A stretch of DNA of 64,000 nt, from positions 704,001 through 768,000 of the forward strand of contig CAXXXD010000004.1 of assembly GCA_963663385.2 (NCBI GenBank), read 5' to 3'. The notes below the pieces were generated by a model. The model saw nothing but the letters and a program-made list of their open reading frames with translations, did not search any database and had not been told where the DNA came from. The translations under genes and the position numbers were made by a program. Source of the DNA: Oceanispirochaeta sp. (GTDB lineage Bacteria > Spirochaetota > Spirochaetia > DSM-2461). Shown piece by piece: positions 48,278 to 57,318 of the stretch; the first letter of the stretch is position 1; every line of letters starts with the position of its first letter.

Positions 48278-49065
48278 TAGCTGTAACTCTCCTTTTTGCC
48301 GGGGAAGGTCCTCTCTTTCACGCTGCGGTCGTACCTGTTCAGGGCCTCCAATATCAGAGAGTGTCCGTCCATAAAGGTCCGGACGAAACGGGGGCGGAAC
48401 TCTGTATTGAGCCCCAGAAGGTCCTGCAGCACAAGAACCTGCCCGTCACAGCCGTTTCCTGCTCCAATACCGATGGTAGGAATGGTCAGCTTTTCTGTGA
48501 TCCTGCGGGCCAGGAGGCGGGGGACGCATTCCAGAACCAGGGCAAAGCAGCCTGCTTCCTCCAGAGCCAGAGCATCGGACTCCAGCTGTTCCGCCCTGTC
48601 CGACTCCTTACCCTGAACTTTAAAACCGCCCATCTGATGGACCGATTGAGGTGTCAGGCCTATATGGCCCATAACAGGTACGCCCGACTCCGTTATATGA
48701 CGGATTATCTCTGTGTGTCCGCGGGTGCCTTCCAGTTTTATCGCATTGGCCCCGGCTCTCATCAGTTGTTCCGCTGCTGTCATGGCAGGTTCCAGCCCTT
48801 TCCGGTGGCTGAGGAAGGGCATGTCCCCTATTAGAAAAGCTTCTGGGGCCCCCCGGCGAACGGCTGCAGTATGCAGCGCCATTAGATCGACCGTTGCAGG
48901 GATGGTACTGTCGTAACCGTGCATGGTCATGGCCAGGCTGTCTCCCACCAGGATGCAGTCAATACCGGATCCCTGAATAATCCCGGCGCTCCAGCTGTCG
49001 TAAGAGGTCACCATGGAAAGGGGGCGGCTGTTTTCCTTGTATCTTTTAAAATCCGGTACTGTCAT
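48277..49065 (-). CDS. panB: 3-methyl-2-oxobutanoate hydroxymethyltransferase
   Basis: LVGDSL, DMPF, HIGLTPQS, IGIGAG, DGQVLV. Confidence 0.97.
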   Translation of the reverse strand: MTVPDFKRYKENSRPLSMVTSYDSWSAGIIQGSGIDCILVGDSLAMTMHGYDSTIPATVDLMALHTAAVRRGAPEAFLIGDMPFLSHRKGLEPAMTAAEQLMRAGANAIKLEGTRGHTEIIRHITESGVPVMGHIGLTPQSVHQMGGFKVQGKESDRAEQLESDALALEEAGCFALVLECVPRLLARRITEKLTIPTIGIGAGNGCDGQVLVLQDLLGLNTEFRPRFVRTFMDGHSLILEALNRYDRSVKERTFPGKKESYS

Positions 49066-49301
49066 ATAAATTCTCCCTTTAGTACGGTTGATGCGAAAGA
49101 CCTGTATACAGGCTGATACGGGTCGTTCTCCAGAGACCTGATGTTACGCTGAACCGAGATTTTATCCCCCCGGGAGAGGGGGCCTGTCAGAGCACTCTGC
49201 CGGAGCATGGTTGTAAAGTTTCCGCGGAAAAAGAGATAACGTGCAAAATGTTCAGCCATCCGGCCGTCGCCGACCAGGGCACAGGGGAGGTGTTTTTTCA
49301 T
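49062..49301 (-). pseudogene. Internally deleted Rossmann-like/DUF2520 (PanG-type ketopantoate reductase) remnant
   Basis: 79 aa: N-terminal LVGDGRMAEHFARYL joined directly to C-terminal ALTGPLSRGD...Y, at the head of a pan operon. Confidence 0.7.
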
Positions 49302-49397
49302 GGTACCTGTCCTTGGGATCAAGTCCTTTTTAAATTTAATAAAATGTAATAAAAACGGTTTGCTTTTAGTTTACCTGCCCTCGGGGCTCGGCGTCTC
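49302..49397 (-). ncRNA. pan-motif-like structured 5' leader
   Basis: Two related bulged hairpins CCGAGCCCCGAGGGCAGGTA and CTTGATCCCAAGGACAGGTA, downstream of a TTGACA-17-TATATA promoter (49418-49446). Confidence 0.5.
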
Positions 49398-49471
49398 GAA
49401 GCAATCTACCTGTTATTTATATACAGAGAGGCAAAAAAATTGTCAAGTTGTACCTTCCGAGAACGGGATTT

Positions 49472-50959
49472 TTAAGTTTGTCCGGCTCCGATCCTGTCAA
49501 GGGACCACTGATACAGTTCCCGGTAGCGATAAGCCGATTTCTCCCAGGAAAACCGGCGGCTCATCCCTTCCCGGCGCATCTTCTCAATATGCTCAGGCCG
49601 GTCATACCAGGTGCTGACGGCCCATCCGACGGTATAATAGATGGTCTCGGGGCTTAAATCGTCAAAGAGAAACCCTGTTCCGTTTCCCGTATGCTCATCG
49701 TACTGTTCAACCGAATCCGCCAGTCCGCCCGTTCTTCTGACTATGGGCAGTGTTCCATAACAGAGGGAGTAGAGCTGATTTAATCCGCAGGGTTCGTATC
49801 TGCTTGGCATCAGAAAGAAATCCGAGGCCCCCTCCACCCGGTGAGCCAGGCGGTTGCTGTACGTAATAAAACTTTTCAGGTTGGGAAGGGCATGATCCAG
49901 ATGGCGAAGCTCCTCTTCGCACCAGTGTTCGCCTGTTCCCACTATAATAAACTGAACATGCATATCCTTCAAAATGCTGTAGAGTTTTCCATGCCCCGGT
50001 CCGCAGAGGTCTCCGAATCCCTTCTGGTCCGCCAGTCTGCTGACCATCCCGATAAGGGGAATATGGGGATTCACTTCAAGCCCCGACTCTTTCTGCAGCT
50101 CCATCTTCAATTTGGTTTTGTTGTCCATTTGTCCGGCTGAAAAATTCAGGGGGTGGAGATGAGGATCCCTGTCCGGATTCCATTCATGATAGTCCATCCC
50201 GTTCAGGATCCCGAAAAGATCATTCTGCCTGTACCGCAGAGCGGTGTCCAGTCCGCATCCGAATTCGGCAGTCTTTATCTCATTGGCATAGGAGGGCGAA
50301 ACCGTAGAGATTATCTCGGCATTTTCTATTCCCATTTTCAGATAGTTCAATGCCCCCTTATGGAGCCCGTTATTCCGGGCAATCTGCTCACCCTCCAGGG
50401 GAAGAATCCCTGCCAGATCCGGAGCAAAAACTCCCTGGTACCCCAGGTTGTGGATGGTCATGACTGAGGAACACCGGGAAAAATCCCTCCATCTCTCCCT
50501 GGCTTTCAGCAGGAGCGGAACGGGTCCCGAGACCCAGTCATGGCAGTGGAATATGTCAGGGATCCAGTGCAGCATCAGGCACAGCTGGAAACTGGCGGCA
50601 GAGAGAAAGGCAAAGCGGTGAGCGTTGTCATCAAAGGAGGACCCGGGAGTCGGCCCGTAAATCCCGTTTCGACCGTAAAAGTGCTCGTGGTCCAGCATAT
50701 AGACCGGAATGGAGGTATCCGGCAGAACCGTCTGGAGCACGCGGCACCACTCTTCTCCGTAGCCCATATGCACACCGAGAGGTCCAAGATCCTTTAAATT
50801 GTCTGTCGGGATGCTGTAATACCGGGGCATGACTATGCGGACATCCTCTCCCTGGTATTTCAGTTCTTTGGACAGGGCCCCCACCATATCCGCCAGGCCT
50901 CCGGATTTTGCAAAAGGTACGGTTTCGCTGGTGACCATCAGGATACGGTGATTTTTCAA
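49472..50959 (-). CDS. glgA: Glycogen synthase
   Basis: PFAKSGGLADMV, HCHDW, TIHNLGYQG, SRLADQKG, PSRYEPCGL, TGGLADSV; TTG start with GGAG RBS. Confidence 0.96.
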   Translation of the reverse strand: MKNHRILMVTSETVPFAKSGGLADMVGALSKELKYQGEDVRIVMPRYYSIPTDNLKDLGPLGVHMGYGEEWCRVLQTVLPDTSIPVYMLDHEHFYGRNGIYGPTPGSSFDDNAHRFAFLSAASFQLCLMLHWIPDIFHCHDWVSGPVPLLLKARERWRDFSRCSSVMTIHNLGYQGVFAPDLAGILPLEGEQIARNNGLHKGALNYLKMGIENAEIISTVSPSYANEIKTAEFGCGLDTALRYRQNDLFGILNGMDYHEWNPDRDPHLHPLNFSAGQMDNKTKLKMELQKESGLEVNPHIPLIGMVSRLADQKGFGDLCGPGHGKLYSILKDMHVQFIIVGTGEHWCEEELRHLDHALPNLKSFITYSNRLAHRVEGASDFFLMPSRYEPCGLNQLYSLCYGTLPIVRRTGGLADSVEQYDEHTGNGTGFLFDDLSPETIYYTVGWAVSTWYDRPEHIEKMRREGMSRRFSWEKSAYRYRELYQWSLDRIGAGQT

Positions 50960-51164
50960 GGGGCGGCTCCTTTTTTCTGTATTGCTTCAGTCTAATCGGG
51001 ATAGACCTGCAAGGCAATAAATTTATCAGGTTAACGGATAAATACGGTGGACTGGTTCCTGTTAATGATCAGTTTTATTCTGTCCGCTCTTATATCTCTT
51101 CCCATCAGTCCGGTTATGCGGAAGATGGGGATGATAAGGGAGGGGGATTTGGAACCGGGTTATC

Positions 51165-52547
51165 TTACAGCAGGAATATAGCCAGTAGCAATACAACCCC
51201 CATGGTTGCCAGGCCCTGAATCCCTGTGGCCACCGTATGGGATTTGTAGGCTGTTTTGATATCCATTCCGGTAAATTCCGCCACAACCCAGAAGTAGGAG
51301 TCGTTGGCATGGGAGACTGTCATGGCTCCTGCTCCGATACTCATCACAGTCAGAACCGATCCGATAGTCGAATCCAGTCTCAGCGTACCCAGCAGGGGCG
51401 CCATTAGGGCCGATGTTGCAACCATGGTTGTCGTGGTGGAGCCCTGGGCTGTTTTAAGAGCGGCGGCAATAAAGAAAGGCAGCAGGATTCCTATATGCCA
51501 GCTGCTCATGGAATCCCCGAGGTAGGCGGACAGCGGCGTGGCTTTGATAATGGCGCCAAAGGCTCCGCCTGCTCCGGTGATCAGGATAATGGGGCCGGCC
51601 ATACGAATCCCCGCACCGATCCATTTCATCAGAACCTCCTCCTTCAGTTCCGGTGCCAGTCCCAGGGCGCAAAGGAATCCGATAAACAGGGCAATAAAGG
51701 GTTTTCCGAGAAATATAAGTATCCCGGTCAAAAAACCCAGCCTGGCAGAAAGGGCCGGGAGGGAGGCAAACGTTCCTATGGCAATCAGGAGGATCGGGAC
51801 GATTATGGGCGAGAACGAGCGGGCTGTGGATGGGAGTTTTCCGTACTGCTCTTCGATGATGCTCTCTCCGCTGAGTCCGTTTCTGAACAACTCCTCATTA
51901 ATAAGGTCCTCCTTTGTCTCCATCTTATTTCCGATAAAACAGGCCCAGCCGTAACCTGCCAGCAGGGGAACAAAGGAGATGCAGAAGCCGTACAGGACGA
52001 CCATTCCCAGGTTGTTTGCCAACCCCAGATTGCCCGCTGCGGCAATAGGCCCCGGAGTGGGGGGAATCAATGTATGGGAGGCATACAGTCCGGTGGAAAG
52101 AGCCACAGCCATGGCCGTTACTCTGGTATGGGCTTTTCTGGTAACTGATTTTCTCATGGCATTGAGGATAATAAAACCGGAATCGCAGAATACCGGGATG
52201 GAAACGAGCCAACCGATAAGGCTCATGGCAAATTCCGGTTTTTTGGGCCCGACCAGCCTGATCACCGTATTGGCCATTTTTAAAGCGGCGCCTGATTTCT
52301 CCAGGAATACTCCTATGATAGAACCAAGAACTATAACAATTCCTATATGGGAGAGGATTGATCCGAACCCATGCCGGATAACCGGTTCAATCTCCTGAAC
52401 ATCAAACTGTCCCAGCGCCGATGCGCTGAGTCCAAGGAAGAGGGAGGCGAAGATCAGGGATATGAAGGGATGGAGTTTAAACACAGAAGAGGCCGCCACG
52501 ATCATTACAATGGAAGCAAATAACAGTAAAATCATTACTAATCCCAT
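51165..52547 (-). CDS. GntP family permease (copy 2)
   Basis: KLHPFISL, LEKSGAA, IPVFCDSG, PPTPGP, KTAQGS, SHANDSYFWVV. Confidence 0.93.
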   Translation of the reverse strand: MGLVMILLLFASIVMIVAASSVFKLHPFISLIFASLFLGLSASALGQFDVQEIEPVIRHGFGSILSHIGIVIVLGSIIGVFLEKSGAALKMANTVIRLVGPKKPEFAMSLIGWLVSIPVFCDSGFIILNAMRKSVTRKAHTRVTAMAVALSTGLYASHTLIPPTPGPIAAAGNLGLANNLGMVVLYGFCISFVPLLAGYGWACFIGNKMETKEDLINEELFRNGLSGESIIEEQYGKLPSTARSFSPIIVPILLIAIGTFASLPALSARLGFLTGILIFLGKPFIALFIGFLCALGLAPELKEEVLMKWIGAGIRMAGPIILITGAGGAFGAIIKATPLSAYLGDSMSSWHIGILLPFFIAAALKTAQGSTTTTMVATSALMAPLLGTLRLDSTIGSVLTVMSIGAGAMTVSHANDSYFWVVAEFTGMDIKTAYKSHTVATGIQGLATMGVVLLLAIFLL

Positions 52548-52620
52548 ACAGAACCTCCATAGCCCGGGAAAACACATAGTAGCATAATTTAAGGGTGTGA
52601 TGCCTTTTTATAACAGAAAT

Positions 52621-52648
52621 AGGGCTGAAGCCCAATGGGTCAGCCCTG
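52621..52648 (-). terminator. Stem-loop between the GntP paralogs
   Basis: AGGGCTGA...TCAGCCCT. Confidence 0.55.
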
Positions 52649-52671
52649 TATTCCCTTTTAACAGCCCGTTT

Positions 52672-54057
52672 TTACAGCAGAATAAAGGAGAGGATCAGAA
52701 CAATGGTTATTGTGACCAGTCCCTGGATCAAAGTGGCAGCCGTCTGTGATTTATATGCCGTCTTAACGTCCATTCCCGTAAACTCAGCCACGACCCAGAA
52801 ATAGGAGTCGTTGGCGTGGGAAACGGTCATGGCTCCGGCGCCGATGCTCATAACAGTCAGGACGGCACCGATGGTGGAGTCCAGCCCGAGGGAGGCAAGG
52901 AGAGGGGCCATCAGGGCGGATGTTGTAACCAGAGCAGTTGTGGAGGAACCCTGAGCTGTTTTAAGAGCCGCAGCTATACAGAAGGGAACAAGGATACCCA
53001 GGCTCCAGCCGCTCATGGACTGCCCCAGATAATCGGCTACGGGAGTCGCTTTGATAATGGCACCGAAAGCTCCACCGGCACCGGTAATAAGGATGATGGG
53101 GCCGGCCAGTTTGATCCCCTCGCCGATCCATTTCATCAGGACTTCCTCATCCAGTCCGGGAGCCAGTCCCAGGGCGAAGAAGAAACCTATAATAAGGGCC
53201 ATTACGGGCTTACCGAAAAACTTGAAAAGATTAGCAATAAAGCCGGTTCCCATCAGGTCTCCGGGGAAGGAGGCGATGGTTCCCAGAGCAATCAGAAGAA
53301 TGGGGATCAGGATGGGAGCGAAAGCCTGAAAAGTGGAAGGCAGCTTACCGTACTGGTTTTCGATAGCTTTCTCTTCCAGATCCAGTCCCTTGGCAAAAGC
53401 CGTTTCATTATCCAGGTCTTCCTGAATCCTGATTTTACCGCCAATGTATTTGGCCCAGAAAAAACCGGCCAGCATAGTAAAGATGGAAATGATCATTCCG
53501 AATATGATTACCAGTCCAAGGCTGTCTTCCAGGCCCAGGTTTCCTGCCGCAGCGATGGGGCCGGGTGTGGGAGGTACAAGAGTATGGGAGGCGTACAGAC
53601 CGGTTGCCAGGGCAACACTCATCATGGTGGCCGATACTTTTGCCTTGTGTGTTACAGACTTTCTTAAGGCGGAAAGGATAACATAACCGGAATCACAGAA
53701 TACAGGGATGGATACGAACCAGCCGATAATGCTCATAGCCAGTCCGGGTCTTTTGGGGCCGACCATTTTCAGGATGGTGTCAGCCATCCTGATGGCTGCT
53801 CCTGATTTTTCCAGGAAAACTCCGATGATGGTTCCCAGAACAATTACGATTCCGATATAGGCAAGTATCCCGCCGAATCCCGAACGGATGGTGGATTCCA
53901 CCGCCATTACATCAAACTGTCCCAGAGCGGATGCCCCCAGACCTACAAACAGTGCCGCAAAAATCAAAGCAATAAAAGGATGCAGCTTAAAAACAGAAGT
54001 GGCTACTACGATCAGCACAATCGATGCTGCGAGCAGCAGAATCATCACTAAACCCAT
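52672..54057 (-). CDS. GntP family permease (copy 1)
   Basis: Same motifs as copy 2; GGAGG RBS before ATG 54057. Confidence 0.93.
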   Translation of the reverse strand: MGLVMILLLAASIVLIVVATSVFKLHPFIALIFAALFVGLGASALGQFDVMAVESTIRSGFGGILAYIGIVIVLGTIIGVFLEKSGAAIRMADTILKMVGPKRPGLAMSIIGWFVSIPVFCDSGYVILSALRKSVTHKAKVSATMMSVALATGLYASHTLVPPTPGPIAAAGNLGLEDSLGLVIIFGMIISIFTMLAGFFWAKYIGGKIRIQEDLDNETAFAKGLDLEEKAIENQYGKLPSTFQAFAPILIPILLIALGTIASFPGDLMGTGFIANLFKFFGKPVMALIIGFFFALGLAPGLDEEVLMKWIGEGIKLAGPIILITGAGGAFGAIIKATPVADYLGQSMSGWSLGILVPFCIAAALKTAQGSSTTALVTTSALMAPLLASLGLDSTIGAVLTVMSIGAGAMTVSHANDSYFWVVAEFTGMDVKTAYKSQTAATLIQGLVTITIVLILSFILL

Positions 54058-54085
54058 ATGATAATCCTCCAAATATAATTTTATA

Positions 54086-54244
54086 TCTGTAGTACAAGTT
54101 GGGGATTTAATACGATTATTACGTCAAAACTTTAAAAATAACCCAAATCTGTACTACAGATTTCATGTTAGCACGGGAATTTAAATTATACCAAACAAAA
54201 AATGAAAAAAATGAGATGTTTTGGCTTCAACTTGTAATACAGCT
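54086..54244. promoter_or_regulatory. Three FadR-type operators (TGTA-N-TACA)
   Basis: Cores at 54088, 54150 (perfect palindrome AAATCTGTA-C-TACAGATTT, 54145-54163) and 54233. Confidence 0.75.
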
Positions 54245-54269
54245 TTTTAAAGGGAGGAAATAGAGAAGA

Positions 54270-54986
54270 TCAGAGGGTATCGTAGAGCCAGGGGTTCCAT
54301 CTGTGGGTATCTTCGGAAGGATCCTGTTTCTGCCGGTCCCGCTTCATCAGTTTATTCAGATTCCTGAGGGTGTACAGCACAGCCAGTTCCGCATCGTTCT
54401 CTTTAATGAAACTGTGAATCATTCGATGAGCGGTAATCTGTTCTGTCAGATCATCCTCATAGATCTCCTGTTTGGGGTAGTGCTGCAGAAGGTCCCATAT
54501 CATAAGGTTGATATTGTGTACCAGCCTGTTGCCCGTCAGGCTCGACAGGATCGTGTGAAAGGTTCTGTCCAGATTGAAAAAATCGTCTGCCCTCCGTTTT
54601 TTCTCCATCTCCATCATAACGGCATCCAGTTCCTGATAGTCGTTTTTATCGTGGTGCTCCAGACAGAGTTCGATGATCAGTTTATCGAGGGCACAGCGCA
54701 TTTCCAGAATCTCCCTGTAATCGTTGCTGTTGAATCTGAGGGTGGGCAGTACGATATTGAGAAAGCTGGATGAATCCTGTTCCGTAACAAAGGACCCGCC
54801 CCCCTTCCTTTTTTTGATCAGTCCTATGGCTGTCAGCTGATCAAGGGCTGCGCGAACCGGACCTCTGGAAACATCGAATTCCCTGCAGAGTTCCGATTCA
54901 GAGGGGAGTCTGTCCCCCGGTTTGAACTCTCCGCCTGCAATCTTTCGTTCGAGGAAGGTATAAATGGACTTGCTTTTTGATGCCAT
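54270..54986 (-). CDS. FadR/GntR family regulator
   Basis: KPGDRLPSESELCREFDVSRGPVRAAL; FHTILSSLTGN; ATG 54986. Confidence 0.92.
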   Translation of the reverse strand: MASKSKSIYTFLERKIAGGEFKPGDRLPSESELCREFDVSRGPVRAALDQLTAIGLIKKRKGGGSFVTEQDSSSFLNIVLPTLRFNSNDYREILEMRCALDKLIIELCLEHHDKNDYQELDAVMMEMEKKRRADDFFNLDRTFHTILSSLTGNRLVHNINLMIWDLLQHYPKQEIYEDDLTEQITAHRMIHSFIKENDAELAVLYTLRNLNKLMKRDRQKQDPSEDTHRWNPWLYDTL

Positions 54987-55251
54987 AATCCTAAAGATAC
55001 TAAGAATTGCGGGGAGTATACAAGGAGAAACGGTCGGGAATGTATATCCCTGATGGAAGTTGTATCTGGAAATCCGGTAATAAGCACCTGATTTTTTCAA
55101 GGCAGTAGAATCGTTTCCGGAATATAAAATGTCAGTCAGGATAAGAATAATTTCAGATTAATCCTTCCAATGTATTGTATTATAAATAATAAACAATATA
55201 TACTTGTTTTACCTTTCTTTTTTCTGTTTGAATATATAGGAATAATTGAAT

Positions 55252-57318
55252 ATGTATAAAAAGTACCTCCTTCTTGCCGCGATCCTTTTCTGTACGACAG
55301 TTATATTCGCACAGAATAAACTGAACATTCAGGTTAAACCGGGGATATCTATACCTGTCTCGTTTACGGATAATAAATCAATTTTTAAAACGGGGTTTAC
55401 AGGTCAGCTGGCCGGACAGTATTACTTCAACCCGGAATCCCGGTATTTTGCCAATACCCTGTTTTCATACAGTAATAATCCGACAAAAGCCGAAGCTCTT
55501 TCCATGAATCTGTTGGCTCTGGGCGGTGGTATGGGGGTTCTGTTCAATCTGCTGCCTTCCCTGAATATGCAGACGGGACTGAATCTGGGCTGGTACCTTG
55601 GTATGGCCGACGGAGAGACTACCGGTAATCCCTTCACTTCGGCATTTCTTGATTTTAATTTAAACTTGTCTTCTGCCTTCTCTCTTACCCTGGGATCCTC
55701 CTACGATTACTATCTTACGAACAATCAGGGTAAGTACGGTGATCTTTATCAGGGGATAGGTGTTTTTCTGGGAGCCCGCATTACCCCCGGAGCAAAGGTC
55801 AGGAATGCCGATCTGGATTACCAGGGTATCCGGTTTTTACCGGTATTCCCTGTTTTTCATAAATATTACAATGACAATCCCCTTGGATATGTGAATATTC
55901 AGAATAAGGAACGTCTCTCTCTGTATGATCTGGATGTCTCCTTTTATGTCCGTCAGTATATGGACGCTTCCAAGGAGAGTTACCAAATAAAGGAACTGAA
56001 GGCAGGAGAGAGTGTCGAGGTTCCCCTCTATGGCCTTTTTAATATGGATATAATGGATCTTACAGAATCCTCTCTTTCTACGGCTGTGATCAATGTCAGT
56101 TACACCTGGCAGAAGACGGCTATGAGTCAGGAATTTTCCGAATCCCTGCCTATTCAGAACCGGAACGCCATGATCTGGGATGATGATAGAAAGGCTGCGG
56201 CATTTGTCACATCAGGGGATCCCTATGTGCTGCAGTTTGCCAAGAATGCGGGAGGTTTGATCCGGGAGTCCGGCAGCAGCCCGGTCAATCTCAGTTTCCG
56301 CATCGCCATGGGACTCTTTGAGGCATTGAAGGATTACGGTATTAATTATGTTGTTGACCCCCTTACTCCCTACCTGGATCTTTCGGAGAACCGGACTGCC
56401 GTGGATTACCTGCAGTTCCCCCGGCAGACCCTGACCTATAAGGCCGGTGACTGCGATGATCTTACGATCCTGTACTGTTCCCTTTTAAAAGCAGTGGGAA
56501 TGGAAACTGCTTTTATCACTGTGCCCGGGCATATTTATATGGCCTTCAATCCGGGTATCAGCGGAGAAGAGTTGAACAGGAGTTTTAATAACAGGGATAA
56601 TTTTATACTGATTGAAGACGAGGTCTGGGTGCCTGTAGAAATCACCCGGATTCAGGATGGTTTTCTGGATGCCTGGGAGACAGGAGCACGCCTTTGGAGG
56701 GAAAACTCAGAAAAGGATACTCTGGCATTTTTACCTGTTGATGAAGCCCAGAAGATCTACCAGCCTGTGGGGCTCCGGAGTGAGCAGCTGAATCTGGATT
56801 TTCCGGGTAATGAAGAGATCCTCAGCTCCTATCACAGAGCATTCAATCTTTTCCTCTCCCGTGAAATATATACGGAAGAACAGCAGCTGATTCAACTTAT
56901 AAAGAGTTCCGGCGGAAAATCCCGGTATGTGAATAAACTGGGAGTGCTTTATGCCCGCTATGGCTTGTACGATAAAGCGACGGAGCAGTTTGAAAAACTG
57001 GTGCCGCAGGGCTTTCCATCCGCTCTGGTTAATCTGGGTAATATCTCTTTTCTGGAAGGAAACTTCCCGGAAGCTTTGAACTGGTTTTCTCGTGCTGCTG
57101 CATCGAACCCCGATAGTACGGCGATACTGGTAGGGTTGGCCCGGACAAATTACGAGATGGAGAATTATACGGTAGTTAACCGTCTGTATGACAAAATTGT
57201 TCTGGTTAATCCCTCTGCCGCGGAACGCTACGGCTATCTGGTGATGGGGAGCAGCAGTGAAACCAGGGCGGAGAGTCAGAATGAGTTTATTGGCATGGTC
57301 TGGGATGAGGTGGAGTAA
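55252..57318 (+). CDS. Exported protein: beta-strand-rich N-terminus, transglutaminase-like domain, TPR repeats
   Basis: Signal peptide; GDCDDLTILYCSLL, VPGHIYMAF, WVPVEIT; TPR-like NKLGVLYARYGLYDKA and VNLGNISFLEGNFPEA. Confidence 0.8.
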   Translation: MYKKYLLLAAILFCTTVIFAQNKLNIQVKPGISIPVSFTDNKSIFKTGFTGQLAGQYYFNPESRYFANTLFSYSNNPTKAEALSMNLLALGGGMGVLFNLLPSLNMQTGLNLGWYLGMADGETTGNPFTSAFLDFNLNLSSAFSLTLGSSYDYYLTNNQGKYGDLYQGIGVFLGARITPGAKVRNADLDYQGIRFLPVFPVFHKYYNDNPLGYVNIQNKERLSLYDLDVSFYVRQYMDASKESYQIKELKAGESVEVPLYGLFNMDIMDLTESSLSTAVINVSYTWQKTAMSQEFSESLPIQNRNAMIWDDDRKAAAFVTSGDPYVLQFAKNAGGLIRESGSSPVNLSFRIAMGLFEALKDYGINYVVDPLTPYLDLSENRTAVDYLQFPRQTLTYKAGDCDDLTILYCSLLKAVGMETAFITVPGHIYMAFNPGISGEELNRSFNNRDNFILIEDEVWVPVEITRIQDGFLDAWETGARLWRENSEKDTLAFLPVDEAQKIYQPVGLRSEQLNLDFPGNEEILSSYHRAFNLFLSREIYTEEQQLIQLIKSSGGKSRYVNKLGVLYARYGLYDKATEQFEKLVPQGFPSALVNLGNISFLEGNFPEALNWFSRAAASNPDSTAILVGLARTNYEMENYTVVNRLYDKIVLVNPSAAERYGYLVMGSSSETRAESQNEFIGMVWDEVE

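Noticed and set aside
43893..49065. Functional link between the cysteine desulfidase-like gene and the CoA operon
   Set aside because: The genes are convergent with separate promoters; adjacency alone is insufficient evidence.
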